A stretch of DNA of 64,000 nt. Origin: an uncultured Gemmatimonadales bacterium (GTDB lineage: Bacteria > Gemmatimonadota > Gemmatimonadetes > Gemmatimonadales > GWC2-71-9). Numbering within the stretch: position 1 is the first letter of the stretch; every line of letters begins with the position of its first letter. The stretch lies in contig CAWHFW010000002.1 in the NCBI GenBank assembly GCA_963828735.1, forward strand, positions 768,001 to 832,000. Direction: 5' to 3'. Below, piece after piece: positions 1 through 8,624 of the stretch. The notes beneath the pieces were generated by a model. That model worked only from the letters and a program-made list of their open reading frames with translations, ran no database searches and had not been told where the DNA came from. The translations under genes and the position numbers were made by a program.

Positions 1-2
1 GG

Positions 3-596
3 CTGGTCATGGTGGCCCGCCTAGGCGCGCAGAAGGACCACCCCACCCTGCTCCGGGCGCTTGCGAGCCTCGGCGATCGGCCATGGGGACTCGATCTGAT
101 CGGGGAGGGTCCCCTGCTGGGGGAGATGCAGGCGCTCGCGGCGACCCTCGGCATCGCAGACCGCGTGCGTTTCCTGGGTCAGCGTCTGGACGTCGATCGA
201 CTCCTGGCTGAGGCGCAAGTCGGCCTCCTGGTCACCAACTGGGAAGGGTTCCCACTGAGCAATCTCGAGATCATGCGGGCGGGCTTGCCGCTGGTCGCGA
301 CATCCGTCGGTGGCACCGAGGAAGCGGTCGAGGACGGGGCCACCGGCTATCTGGTTCGTCGGGGCGATGCTGACATGCTCCGGGACCGGATCGCTCGCCT
401 GCTGACGGACCCGGCGTTGCGGACTCGGATGGGCGCGGCCGGACGGGCGAGGTTCGAGCAGCACTTCACCCTGGACCGCATGGTCGCCAAGACGCTCTCG
501 GTCTACGGAGATGTCGTCGCGAGGTTCTCGAGTCCCGCGCCTGCCCGATCCACCTCGCTCCACCCGGCCACCACCGACGACACCGGGGCGACCTGA
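3..596 (+). CDS. Glycosyltransferase family 4 (GT-B fold), 5'-truncated by the window edge
   Basis: C-terminal GT4 motifs VARLGAQKDH, EGFPLSNLEIMRAGLP (E-x7-E) and VGGTEE; frame is open to the window start. Confidence 0.9.
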   Translation: MVMVARLGAQKDHPTLLRALASLGDRPWGLDLIGEGPLLGEMQALAATLGIADRVRFLGQRLDVDRLLAEAQVGLLVTNWEGFPLSNLEIMRAGLPLVATSVGGTEEAVEDGATGYLVRRGDADMLRDRIARLLTDPALRTRMGAAGRARFEQHFTLDRMVAKTLSVYGDVVARFSSPAPARSTSLHPATTDDTGAT

Positions 597-619
597 TCGA
601 GGCGCGGGTTCGGCGGACG

Positions 620-659
620 AAGCGAAAGGGGCCTCGGTCGATCCTGCACCGAGGCCCCT
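620..659 (-). terminator. Intrinsic terminator between convergent genes
   Basis: Perfect 12-bp stem AGGGGCCTCGGT (627-638)/ACCGAGGCCCCT (648-659), followed on the minus strand by TTTCGCTT-like T-rich tail. Confidence 0.7.
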
Positions 660-697
660 CTGCTACCCTCCTACTGACGGACCCCCGGCTACTGGGA

Positions 698-1744
698 TTA
701 CTTGCACGGGCGGCGCGACTTCGAGGCCAGCGTCGAGGCCACGTCCCTCATGGCCTGCTGGTTGTCGGACCGCGAGAACCACTTGCTGTCGAAGCGCCAC
801 ATCACCAGCTGGCACGCCGAGGGTCCGAGGGTCCGGCCATAGTCCCGCAGCTGATCGGCCGTCATCCGGCAGTTCGGCTTCCGAGTTCCCACGCCGGCCT
901 GTCCAGCGCCCGAGCAGGTCCAGCTGCCATCGGTGTCCTGCCTGCCACCGTTCAGGACGTTGAGGCTGAAGCTGGTGGCCGTTCCATCGCGCTGACCCCG
1001 CGCAAGGGCCTTGTCGCGGAAGGAGCTGACGCTGCCCAGCCGGGTGGAGTACTGATAGTTGACGTAGTCGAGCTTGTAATAGCGGGTCGACGACTGCCAG
1101 TCGAGGCCGCCGCCACCGTGGCTTACGCCCATCGGGAGCGTCGGGAACAGCGACTTGCCGTAGGCCGCCGCGTTGTCGATCACCGCCTTGGTCATCGTGC
1201 CCCAGCTCGCGCTCCGCTCGGGCTCATCAAACATCGAGTTCCCGATCACCGTCCCATCGGAGACGCCGGCTGCGATGGCGTTGCGAATGGTGGAGGTGTT
1301 GAACTGGTTCATCCTGGACTTCCACTTATTCAGATCGAACTTGCCGCCCGACTTGAACTCGCTCGGGTCGGCGCAGGTCATCTGGAGCAGCAGACTCTGA
1401 CCCTGTGAACGCGCGGCGGAGATGAGGCGGACGATGTAGCTCGGAGCGACACAATTCTGGGCGTTGGTCAGCGGCTTCGGGCCCCACAACGTGTTTCCGC
1501 TCGACGACCACAGCCCGAAGGCGCCGAAGGGAACGCCGTTGGTGCTGGCGAGCGCGGTTTCGATCGACTCGACCGGTGCGGCCGCGTCGGTGGCGGCGAC
1601 CGGCGCCGGCACATCGGTGGGCTCGCTGTTGGCGAGTGGATCGGTGTTGTCACAGGCGCTGGCGGCGGCGACAGCGGCAAGGACGCCCAACGCGGAGAAT
1701 CGAAGCCTGGTCAGACGGCGGACATGAGCGAGCGCGTGAATCAT
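698..1744 (-). CDS. Hypothetical lipoprotein
   Basis: ATG 1744 after AAGGGA; basic N-terminus, hydrophobic stretch and lipobox-like AASA-C; ~300 aa globular domain with several Cys. Confidence 0.7.
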   Translation of the reverse strand: MIHALAHVRRLTRLRFSALGVLAAVAAASACDNTDPLANSEPTDVPAPVAATDAAAPVESIETALASTNGVPFGAFGLWSSSGNTLWGPKPLTNAQNCVAPSYIVRLISAARSQGQSLLLQMTCADPSEFKSGGKFDLNKWKSRMNQFNTSTIRNAIAAGVSDGTVIGNSMFDEPERSASWGTMTKAVIDNAAAYGKSLFPTLPMGVSHGGGGLDWQSSTRYYKLDYVNYQYSTRLGSVSSFRDKALARGQRDGTATSFSLNVLNGGRQDTDGSWTCSGAGQAGVGTRKPNCRMTADQLRDYGRTLGPSACQLVMWRFDSKWFSRSDNQQAMRDVASTLASKSRRPCK

Positions 1745-2385
1745 GTGGAGTATCCCTTGTCCAAGATTCCGTGGCCGTAGCGCGGCAGGCGAGGGGCCGG
1801 AGCGCGGCACGGCCGCACGACGGCTCTTCGTCAGAGGGGGGTCCTGACGCGCAGGGGGTAGGGCATCGCCGCTTACGCGGTCGAACCCGCTAGCCCCTCA
1901 GGAGGTTGTAAGTGAGTGGTTCGCTGGGACGAACTAGAGTGCTTCCCCAGAGCGAGGGAATGGCCGCCGGGATGAGCGCCATCTCGTGTTCTGTGATGCC
2001 TCGCGCGGGACGAAATTCGTGAGGCCGGTCACAAATGTCAAGGGGCTATGCAAAATTTGACACCGTGTAGGGGTTCCAGCCGGCGGCCATAATGGCCTCG
2101 TAGCCAGACCATCGACGGGGCGCCAACCGCCTGATGGACCGTATGTTGCAGGGCAAACCGGTGTAGCTTTTGGGGCGCTGGCGGCATCCTCGGCCAATAG
2201 CGTTGACGCGGAGAGCGAGTAATAATCAGATTGACAGCGGGGAGGCCGGACATCGACGGAACGCGTCCACTTGGACCTCCGTGAAACAGCCCGGCTATGC
2301 GCGGCAAGTTTCACTATTCTCAAGCTCAGACGTCACTATTCCGGAAGTCCAGCCGACTGAATCGGGCCAGCCACGGATTCGACAA

Positions 2386-4704
2386 ATGACTGTTCGCAGG
2401 ATCACGGTTGGGATGTTGGTCACGGGCGCCGCAGCCTTCCTGCTGACGTGTTCGGAGGCAACCGGCCCTGAGCCGGCGGCGCTCCTGATGGTTTCCGGTG
2501 ACAATCAGAGTGGCGTCGTCAATCAGTCCTTGCCGGACTCGCTCGTCGCCCGGGTGAATGGGACGGACGGTCAACCGCTCAAAGGCGTGAAAGTGAGCTG
2601 GGCCGTGCTGGGTGATGGCACGGTCAGTTCAAGCGTGATGGAGACCGGCACCGACGGTCAGGTCGCCGTCGTGCGCGTTCTGGGCTCCAGTGCCGGTACC
2701 CAGATCACGACGGCGACCGTCGAGGGCCTCCCCGCGGTCGAGTTCACCGCCATCGCCGAAGCCGGAACCAGCCCGCAGCTGATCGTGGCGACCCAGCCCT
2801 CAGCGACGGCCGCGAGCGGTGTGGCACTCGCCCAGCAACCGATCATTCGGGTGGACGACGGAAGTGGCGAAGCCCTGGGCGGCGGCATTCCCGTCACGGC
2901 CTCTGTGGGTGCGGGCGCGACGCTGGCGGGCACTGTAACGATCCAGAGCGACGCGTATGGTGAAGTTCACTTCACCGACCTGGCCCTGACAGGACCCGAC
3001 GGCACCTACACGTTGACCTTCTCGGCGCCGAACGTGGTCAGCGTTCAGTCGACCGCGATCGCGCTCAGTGCGGGCGCCAGCCAGCCTGGGCAGCTCGTGC
3101 TCGTCACGCAGCCGTCGAGCGCCGCCGTGGGAGGCATCGCGCTTTCGCAGCAGCCCGTGGTGGCTGCCAAGGACGGAGCCGGTCAGGCGCTCGGGGCCGG
3201 CATACCCGTGACCGCAGCCGTTTCGGGCGGCGCCGCGCTCTCGGGAACGGCCACCGTCTCGACCGACGCGACCGGCAAGGCGCATTTTACCGATCTCGCG
3301 CTGAGCGGTTCGGGCGGCACCTACACGCTCACCTTCTCCGCGACCGACCTGACGCCGGTCCAGTCGAACCCCATCACCCTGGCCACGACCGGCTCGGACA
3401 TCGGCAGCTGGACCGCGCCGTTCCCGTGGCCGATCGTCGCGATCCACATGATGCTGACGCCGGATGGGCGAGTCCTCTCGATGGGGCGCAGCGGAGCGCC
3501 GCAGGTGTGGGATCCCGCGACCGGCAACTTCGAGTCCGTGCCCGCGCCGGCGAACCTGTTTTGCGCGGGGCACGCCCTGCTCCCCGACGGCCGCGTATTC
3601 GTCGCGGGCGGTCACATCAAGGACGGTTTCGGACTCCCGAACATCACGCTCTTCTCAAGCGAAAACGACACGTGGACCTCGGGCGCTCCAATGGCCAGGG
3701 GCCGCTGGTATCCGACGACCACCGTCATGGGGAACGGGGACGTCGTGATTACATCGGGCACGGACCAGGACAGCGCGGTGGTCACCATACCCGAGGTGTG
3801 GAGCAACGGCTCGCTCCGACAGCTGACCAGTGCCGTGCACGCCTTCCCCTGGTATCCGCGCGCGTGGGCCGCGCCAAACGGCCTCATGTACATCGCCGGG
3901 CCGGGCCAGAATACGTTTTGGCTCTCCACCGCGGGCAACGGCAAGCTGACTCCGGGCCCGAGCCGCCTCTTCGGCGGACGGAACTACGGGTCGGCCGTGA
4001 TGTACGACGACGGAAGGATCATCTACGCCGGCGGTGCCAATACGACGAACACCGCGGAGGTGATCAATCTCAACGACGCCTCGCCGAGCTGGCAGTGGAC
4101 GAGCTCGATGCACTTCGCCCGGCGACACCACAACCTGACGGCCCTGCCGACCGGCGAGGTTCTGGCCACCGGCGGGGTGGCAGGCACCACCTTCGATGAC
4201 ATCAGCACGGGCGTCCACGCCGCCGAGGTGTGGAACCCGGAGTCCGGTGAGTGGACCGTACTGGCCAGCAACTCGGTCACGCGCGGCTACCACGGCACGT
4301 CGCTCCTGCTGCCGGATGGCAGGGTGCTCAACGCGGGCAGCGGCCAAGGCGCCGGGGCTCCGGACGAGTTCAACGCGGAGCTGTTCTCGCCGCCGTATCT
4401 CTCCCGAGGACCGCGGCCGACAATCACCAGCGCGCCCACCGAGGTCAACTATGGCGGGCAGTTCCGTGTGGAAACCCCGGACGCCGCGACGATCACCCAC
4501 GTGAGCTTCATCCGATTGGGTGCCGTCACTCATGCGTTCGACGAAAACCAGCGGTTCCAGCGCCTCACGTTCACCGCAGACGCGACGGGACTCACCATCA
4601 CCGCGCCGACCTCGAGCAACCGAGCGCCCCCAGGCCATTACATGGTGTTCATCCTGACCGGCAACGACGTGCCGTCGGTGGCGAAGATCGTTCGGATCTT
4701 CTAG
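2386..4704 (+). CDS. Exported copper radical oxidase (AA5, galactose/glyoxal oxidase-like) with N-terminal Ig-like domains
   Basis: Signal/lipobox-like FLLT-C; kelch repeats; motifs NLFCAGH, RWYPT, RGYHGTSLLLPDGRV and AVTHAFDENQR; C-terminal APPGHYMVF domain. Confidence 0.9.
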   Translation: MTVRRITVGMLVTGAAAFLLTCSEATGPEPAALLMVSGDNQSGVVNQSLPDSLVARVNGTDGQPLKGVKVSWAVLGDGTVSSSVMETGTDGQVAVVRVLGSSAGTQITTATVEGLPAVEFTAIAEAGTSPQLIVATQPSATAASGVALAQQPIIRVDDGSGEALGGGIPVTASVGAGATLAGTVTIQSDAYGEVHFTDLALTGPDGTYTLTFSAPNVVSVQSTAIALSAGASQPGQLVLVTQPSSAAVGGIALSQQPVVAAKDGAGQALGAGIPVTAAVSGGAALSGTATVSTDATGKAHFTDLALSGSGGTYTLTFSATDLTPVQSNPITLATTGSDIGSWTAPFPWPIVAIHMMLTPDGRVLSMGRSGAPQVWDPATGNFESVPAPANLFCAGHALLPDGRVFVAGGHIKDGFGLPNITLFSSENDTWTSGAPMARGRWYPTTTVMGNGDVVITSGTDQDSAVVTIPEVWSNGSLRQLTSAVHAFPWYPRAWAAPNGLMYIAGPGQNTFWLSTAGNGKLTPGPSRLFGGRNYGSAVMYDDGRIIYAGGANTTNTAEVINLNDASPSWQWTSSMHFARRHHNLTALPTGEVLATGGVAGTTFDDISTGVHAAEVWNPESGEWTVLASNSVTRGYHGTSLLLPDGRVLNAGSGQGAGAPDEFNAELFSPPYLSRGPRPTITSAPTEVNYGGQFRVETPDAATITHVSFIRLGAVTHAFDENQRFQRLTFTADATGLTITAPTSSNRAPPGHYMVFILTGNDVPSVAKIVRIF
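2773..3381 (+). repeat. Two tandem ~100-aa Ig-like repeats within the oxidase
   Basis: QLIVATQPS...IPVTA...HFTDLALTG..GTYTLTFSA versus QLVLVTQPS...IPVTA...HFTDLALSG..GTYTLTFSA. Confidence 0.85.
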
Positions 4705-4727
4705 CCGACCCGAGGCCTCATGGCCAC

Positions 4728-4765
4728 CACCCGGAGGGGAGTCTCCTCTCCGGGTGTTCGTTCGT
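4728..4765 (+). terminator. Putative intrinsic terminator
   Basis: Stem CACCCGGAGGGGA/TCCTCTCCGGGTG (one G-U pair) followed by TTCGTTCGT, 23 nt after the oxidase stop. Confidence 0.55.
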
Positions 4766-4920
4766 CCGGCACGGGCACGCCGTACGCCGGAGCTACTCCG
4801 GATTGGGGGCGCGGAGAGCCTGTGTCCACCCTTGCCTGGTCACCTGGGCATCTCCACATTGCGGGGGCGTCCAGCCCTGATCCCCAACGCCACCGCCCGC
4901 TCGTGGATAACGTGAAATCA

Positions 4921-6738
4921 ATGCACATTCTTGGTCTTTCCGCCTTCTATCACGACAGTGCCGCCTGCCTCCTCAAGGATGGCGAGATCGTCGCGGCGGC
5001 GCAGGAAGAGCGGTTCACCCGGAAGAAGGGCGACGCCGCGTTCCCACGACTGGCCGTGGACTACTGCCTCCAGGCCGGCGGGATCTCGGTGAAGGACCTC
5101 GCGCTCGTGGGCTTCTACGACAAGCCGCTGCTCAAGTTCGAGCGGATCCTCGAGACCTACCTCGGCACAGCCCCCCGCGGATTCCGGTCCTTCCTGATGG
5201 CCGGCCCGCTCTGGATCAAGGAAAAGCTCTTCACGGACCGCCAGCTGCGGGACGAGTTGGGATTCGACGGCGAGATCCTGTACAGCGAGCACCACGAGTC
5301 GCACGCGGCGAGCGCATTCTTTCCGTCGCCGTTCGCGGAGGCCGCGTTCCTGACGATGGACGGCGTGGGCGAATGGGCCACCGCATCGTTTGGTGTCGGG
5401 CGAGGCAACGACCTGGAGATCCTCAGGGAGATTCACTGGCCGGACTCCCTCGGGCTGCTCTACTCGGCCTTTACCTACTACACCGGCTTCAAGGTCAACT
5501 CGGGCGAGTACAAGGTGATGGGGCTCGCACCGTACGGCGAACCCAAATACGTGGACCTGATCTACCGCGAGCTGATCGACCTCAAGGAGGACGGGTCCTT
5601 CACGCTCAATCAGCGGTATTTCAACTACCTGACCGGACTGACGATGACGAACAGCGCGTTCGACCGGCTGTTCGGCGGCCCGCCCCGTGAGCCGGAAACG
5701 AAGCTGACGCAGCGCGAGATGGACCTCGCCCGCTCGGTCCAGGTGGTCTGCGAGGAGATCATGCTCCGCATGGCCCGCACGGTGCACCGCGAGACCGGAA
5801 TGGATCGGCTGTGCCTCGCGGGCGGTGTGGCCCTCAACTGCGTGGGCAACGGTCGGCTCCTCCGGGAAGGGCCCTTCAAGGAGCTCTGGATCCAGCCAGC
5901 CGCCGGCGATGCCGGCGGAGCCCTCGGCGTGGCGCAGCTCGCCTGGCACCGGCATCAGAAGCAGCCTCGCCAGGTGACGGGCGGAAGGGACAGCATGAAG
6001 GGCGCCTACCTGGGACCGGCCTACAGCGACGCGGAAATCGTCACCTTTCTCGAGGCCACGAAGGCGAAGTACCGGCGCCTGGAGCGGGCGGAGCTTCTCC
6101 AAACGGTCGCGCGCGACCTCGCCGAGGGGAAGGTGGTCGGGTGGTTCAACGGGCGCATGGAGTTCGGACCCCGCGCACTCGGGGCGCGAAGCATTCTCGG
6201 CGACCCACGCAGTCCACAGATGCAGGCCGCCATGAATATCAAGATCAAGTTTCGCGAGGGCTTCCGCCCGTTCGCGCCCAGTGTGCTCCGTGAGCGGGTG
6301 AGCGACTATTTCGAGCTCGACGTCGATTCGCCCTACATGCTCCTGGTGGCCCCGGTCAAGCAGTCGCGGCAGATCCCGATGGACTCGGCCGCCGAGCGGC
6401 TCTGGGGCATCGACAAGCTGAATGTCCCGCGCTCCGACATCCCGGCCGTCACCCATATCGACTATTCCGCGCGGATTCAGACCGTGAGCGCCGACACCAA
6501 CCCGGACTATCACGATCTCATTCGCGAGTTCGAGTGCCTCACGGGTTGTGCCGTCCTCGTCAATACGTCCTTCAACGTCCGCGGCGAGCCGATCGTCTGC
6601 TCCCCGGCGGACGCGTACCGCTGCTTCATGCGAACTCACCTCGACCGATTGGTTCTCGGATCGTTCCTTCTCGACAAGGAGGGGCAGCCCGAGTGGAAGG
6701 AGAGCGGGAATTGGAAAGCCGAATTCCAACTCGACTGA
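4921..6738 (+). CDS. O-carbamoyltransferase (NodU/CmcH/SxtI family)
   Basis: MHILGLSAFYHDSAA, AAQEERFTRKK, EHHESHAASAF, GGVALNC, MEFGPRALG, FRPFAPS, NTSFNVRGEPIV. Confidence 0.95.
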   Translation: MHILGLSAFYHDSAACLLKDGEIVAAAQEERFTRKKGDAAFPRLAVDYCLQAGGISVKDLALVGFYDKPLLKFERILETYLGTAPRGFRSFLMAGPLWIKEKLFTDRQLRDELGFDGEILYSEHHESHAASAFFPSPFAEAAFLTMDGVGEWATASFGVGRGNDLEILREIHWPDSLGLLYSAFTYYTGFKVNSGEYKVMGLAPYGEPKYVDLIYRELIDLKEDGSFTLNQRYFNYLTGLTMTNSAFDRLFGGPPREPETKLTQREMDLARSVQVVCEEIMLRMARTVHRETGMDRLCLAGGVALNCVGNGRLLREGPFKELWIQPAAGDAGGALGVAQLAWHRHQKQPRQVTGGRDSMKGAYLGPAYSDAEIVTFLEATKAKYRRLERAELLQTVARDLAEGKVVGWFNGRMEFGPRALGARSILGDPRSPQMQAAMNIKIKFREGFRPFAPSVLRERVSDYFELDVDSPYMLLVAPVKQSRQIPMDSAAERLWGIDKLNVPRSDIPAVTHIDYSARIQTVSADTNPDYHDLIREFECLTGCAVLVNTSFNVRGEPIVCSPADAYRCFMRTHLDRLVLGSFLLDKEGQPEWKESGNWKAEFQLD

Positions 6739-7115
6739 CGTCCGCGGAAGGCCGGAAATTCGGGCTCCTGGTCGGCGGAGCGTTCGTCCTTCTGGCCTTG
6801 CTTCTCTGGCGGCGCACTCACGTGACGGCGGCCTGGGTCGCCGCAGGGCTGGGCGTGAGCCTGCTGGTCACCGGGCTCCTGGTGCCGACGCGGCTCGGCC
6901 CCGTCTACCGTGCCTGGATGGGACTCGCGACCGTGATCTCGAAGGTCACGACGCCAGTGTTCATGGGGGTAATGTTCTACCTGGTGCTCACGCCGGCCGG
7001 CTTCATCGCCCGCCTGGTCGGCCACCGGCCTATGTCGCGGGTTGCTGACGGGAATACGTACTGGCAGAGCCGCCCCGTCGGCGAGCGGCAGGGCAACATG
7101 GACCATCAATTCTGA
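6711..7115 (+). CDS. SxtJ-like membrane protein
   Basis: TTG start 8 nt after AAGGAG, overlapping the carbamoyltransferase end; RKFGL, hydrophobic helices, PVYRAWM, FYLVLTP, TYW...MDHQF. Confidence 0.8.
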   Translation: MESRIPTRLTSAEGRKFGLLVGGAFVLLALLLWRRTHVTAAWVAAGLGVSLLVTGLLVPTRLGPVYRAWMGLATVISKVTTPVFMGVMFYLVLTPAGFIARLVGHRPMSRVADGNTYWQSRPVGERQGNMDHQF

Positions 7116-7132
7116 TCTGAGGCGCCGAGTCT

Positions 7133-7288
7133 ATGAGTCGCGGCATCGCGCAAGAGCTGTGGAGTTTCATGCGGGTGCGGAAGAAATGGTGGCTCATCCC
7201 CATCATCCTCATCCTCCTGCTCGTGGGGGCGCTTCTCGTGTTTGCCCAGGGGTCGGTCCTGGCGCCATTCATCTACACGATCTTCTGA
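7133..7288 (+). CDS. SxtK-like (DUF5989-type) 51-aa membrane protein; not in the supplied ORF track
   Basis: Translated by hand: MSRGIAQELWSFMRVRKKWWLIPIILILLLVGALLVFAQGSVLAPFIYTIF; RKKWWL and APFIYT.F are characteristic. Confidence 0.85.
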   Translation: MSRGIAQELWSFMRVRKKWWLIPIILILLLVGALLVFAQGSVLAPFIYTIF

Positions 7289-7339
7289 GCTCCGGTCCGC
7301 CGAAGCCGACGCGCGGCGGCGGACCCTCCGCCCGACCCA

Positions 7340-8572
7340 TCAGGGACGGGAGCGCGCGGTCGTGGTGGACTCGGCTGGAAACACTCGAGCGAGCCACGCG
7401 GCGATCAGCGTTCCGGCCACTCGATTCCCCTCCTCGTTCCAGTGACCGATGCCGATGCTGTCGCCTTCGGCGTGAAAGTAGACGTGGCGGCGCTCCGCCT
7501 CCTCGGCCATTGTCGGCGCCAGGTTGAGCACCGGGATGCCCTCCCGCTTCCCGAAATCGGCGAGACGTCGTTCCGGATAGTAGAGGTCCGGCACTCCGAG
7601 CTGATGGAGGTACTTCTCCTTCTCCTCGGACACCGGGGAGACCTGGATCGCCCGGGTCAGCGTCACAATGGCGAAGGGCTTGTCCTTCCTGCGGCACTCG
7701 TCGCGCATCAGCTCCAGAACGCCCTCGGTGATGCGCCACGCCTCCTGCCACTCCGGCGTGGTCGGGGGCAGCTGGACCTTGTTGGATAGCCCCACTTCAT
7801 CACCAGGCACCGTACTGATTCGCTGCTGCTTGCGATCGCGTTTGCGACCCTGGTGTCGCACACGGTTGAGCAGCTGGACCAGCCGCGACTCCTGGACCAC
7901 GCCCAGGAGCCTGCGCGTCCATACGGCTCGACTCTGGTATGATCCCGATTGCAGAAACGTCGTGTCGAGGGCGAGCGCCCCGTCCCGGAAGACGTAGTAC
8001 GGCCGGTAGGCTCCCGGATCCAGCGGACGATAGTTGTCCGTCACATCATTGCCGACGGTGAACCCCAACACGACCAGATCCGGCGAGTACTTCCAGACCT
8101 GCTGCTTGAGCGTGAGCAGCTCCTGTGTAGTGCCATAGCCTCCGACGCCGAAGTTCACGACCTCGACCGGCGTGCCGCGCAGGGTGGACAGCTCCCGTCC
8201 GAGAACCTCCCCGACGGTCTTCTCGAAGGGAACCTGGAACGCTTCGATGAAGGAATCGCCAAGCAACGCTATCCGGAGGGTTCCCGGGGGATGGGCCAGG
8301 GGCACTTCCGGCCCCCTGAGGCCGTCGCTGTTGATCTCGATCCAGCTCCGACCATGATACTTGGCCGCGCTCTTCGCGCCCGGGATGTGCGCGAGCCCTC
8401 GCGCGGGATCGGTCCACACGTACACGGGAAAACCAACCCCGAGAAAGCGTAACAGCCCCTCGCAGATCAGCAGGCCGATCACGACGGCGACGCCAACGAC
8501 GGCGATATTTCCCGCCACCCGCGAAAGCGTCCCCCTCTGGCCGGGACCCATGTCCTTGCGATCTTCGGTCAC
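7340..8572 (-). CDS. Membrane-anchored SGNH/GDSL hydrolase-fold protein
   Basis: N-terminal TM helix; LLGDSF (block I), NFGVGGYGTTQE (block II), GND (block III), GHWNEEGN (block V). Confidence 0.85.
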   Translation of the reverse strand: MTEDRKDMGPGQRGTLSRVAGNIAVVGVAVVIGLLICEGLLRFLGVGFPVYVWTDPARGLAHIPGAKSAAKYHGRSWIEINSDGLRGPEVPLAHPPGTLRIALLGDSFIEAFQVPFEKTVGEVLGRELSTLRGTPVEVVNFGVGGYGTTQELLTLKQQVWKYSPDLVVLGFTVGNDVTDNYRPLDPGAYRPYYVFRDGALALDTTFLQSGSYQSRAVWTRRLLGVVQESRLVQLLNRVRHQGRKRDRKQQRISTVPGDEVGLSNKVQLPPTTPEWQEAWRITEGVLELMRDECRRKDKPFAIVTLTRAIQVSPVSEEKEKYLHQLGVPDLYYPERRLADFGKREGIPVLNLAPTMAEEAERRHVYFHAEGDSIGIGHWNEEGNRVAGTLIAAWLARVFPAESTTTARSRP

Positions 8573-8624
8573 CTCACCCCCTCGACCCTCGACACTTTGT
8601 GAACGCCAGGGCTACTGCGGTCGA

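Noticed and set aside
2149..2202. Resemblance to a c-di-GMP-I riboswitch (CAGGGCAAACC-N12-GGGGCGC) in the long divergent intergenic region
   Set aside because: The 12-nt insert does not form the stem and GNRA loop, and the following AAAG is missing; an Infernal RF01051 search would settle it
4921..7288. Saxitoxin biosynthesis cluster
   Set aside because: Only sxtI/J/K-like genes are present; no sxtA, sxtG or other core genes in the window
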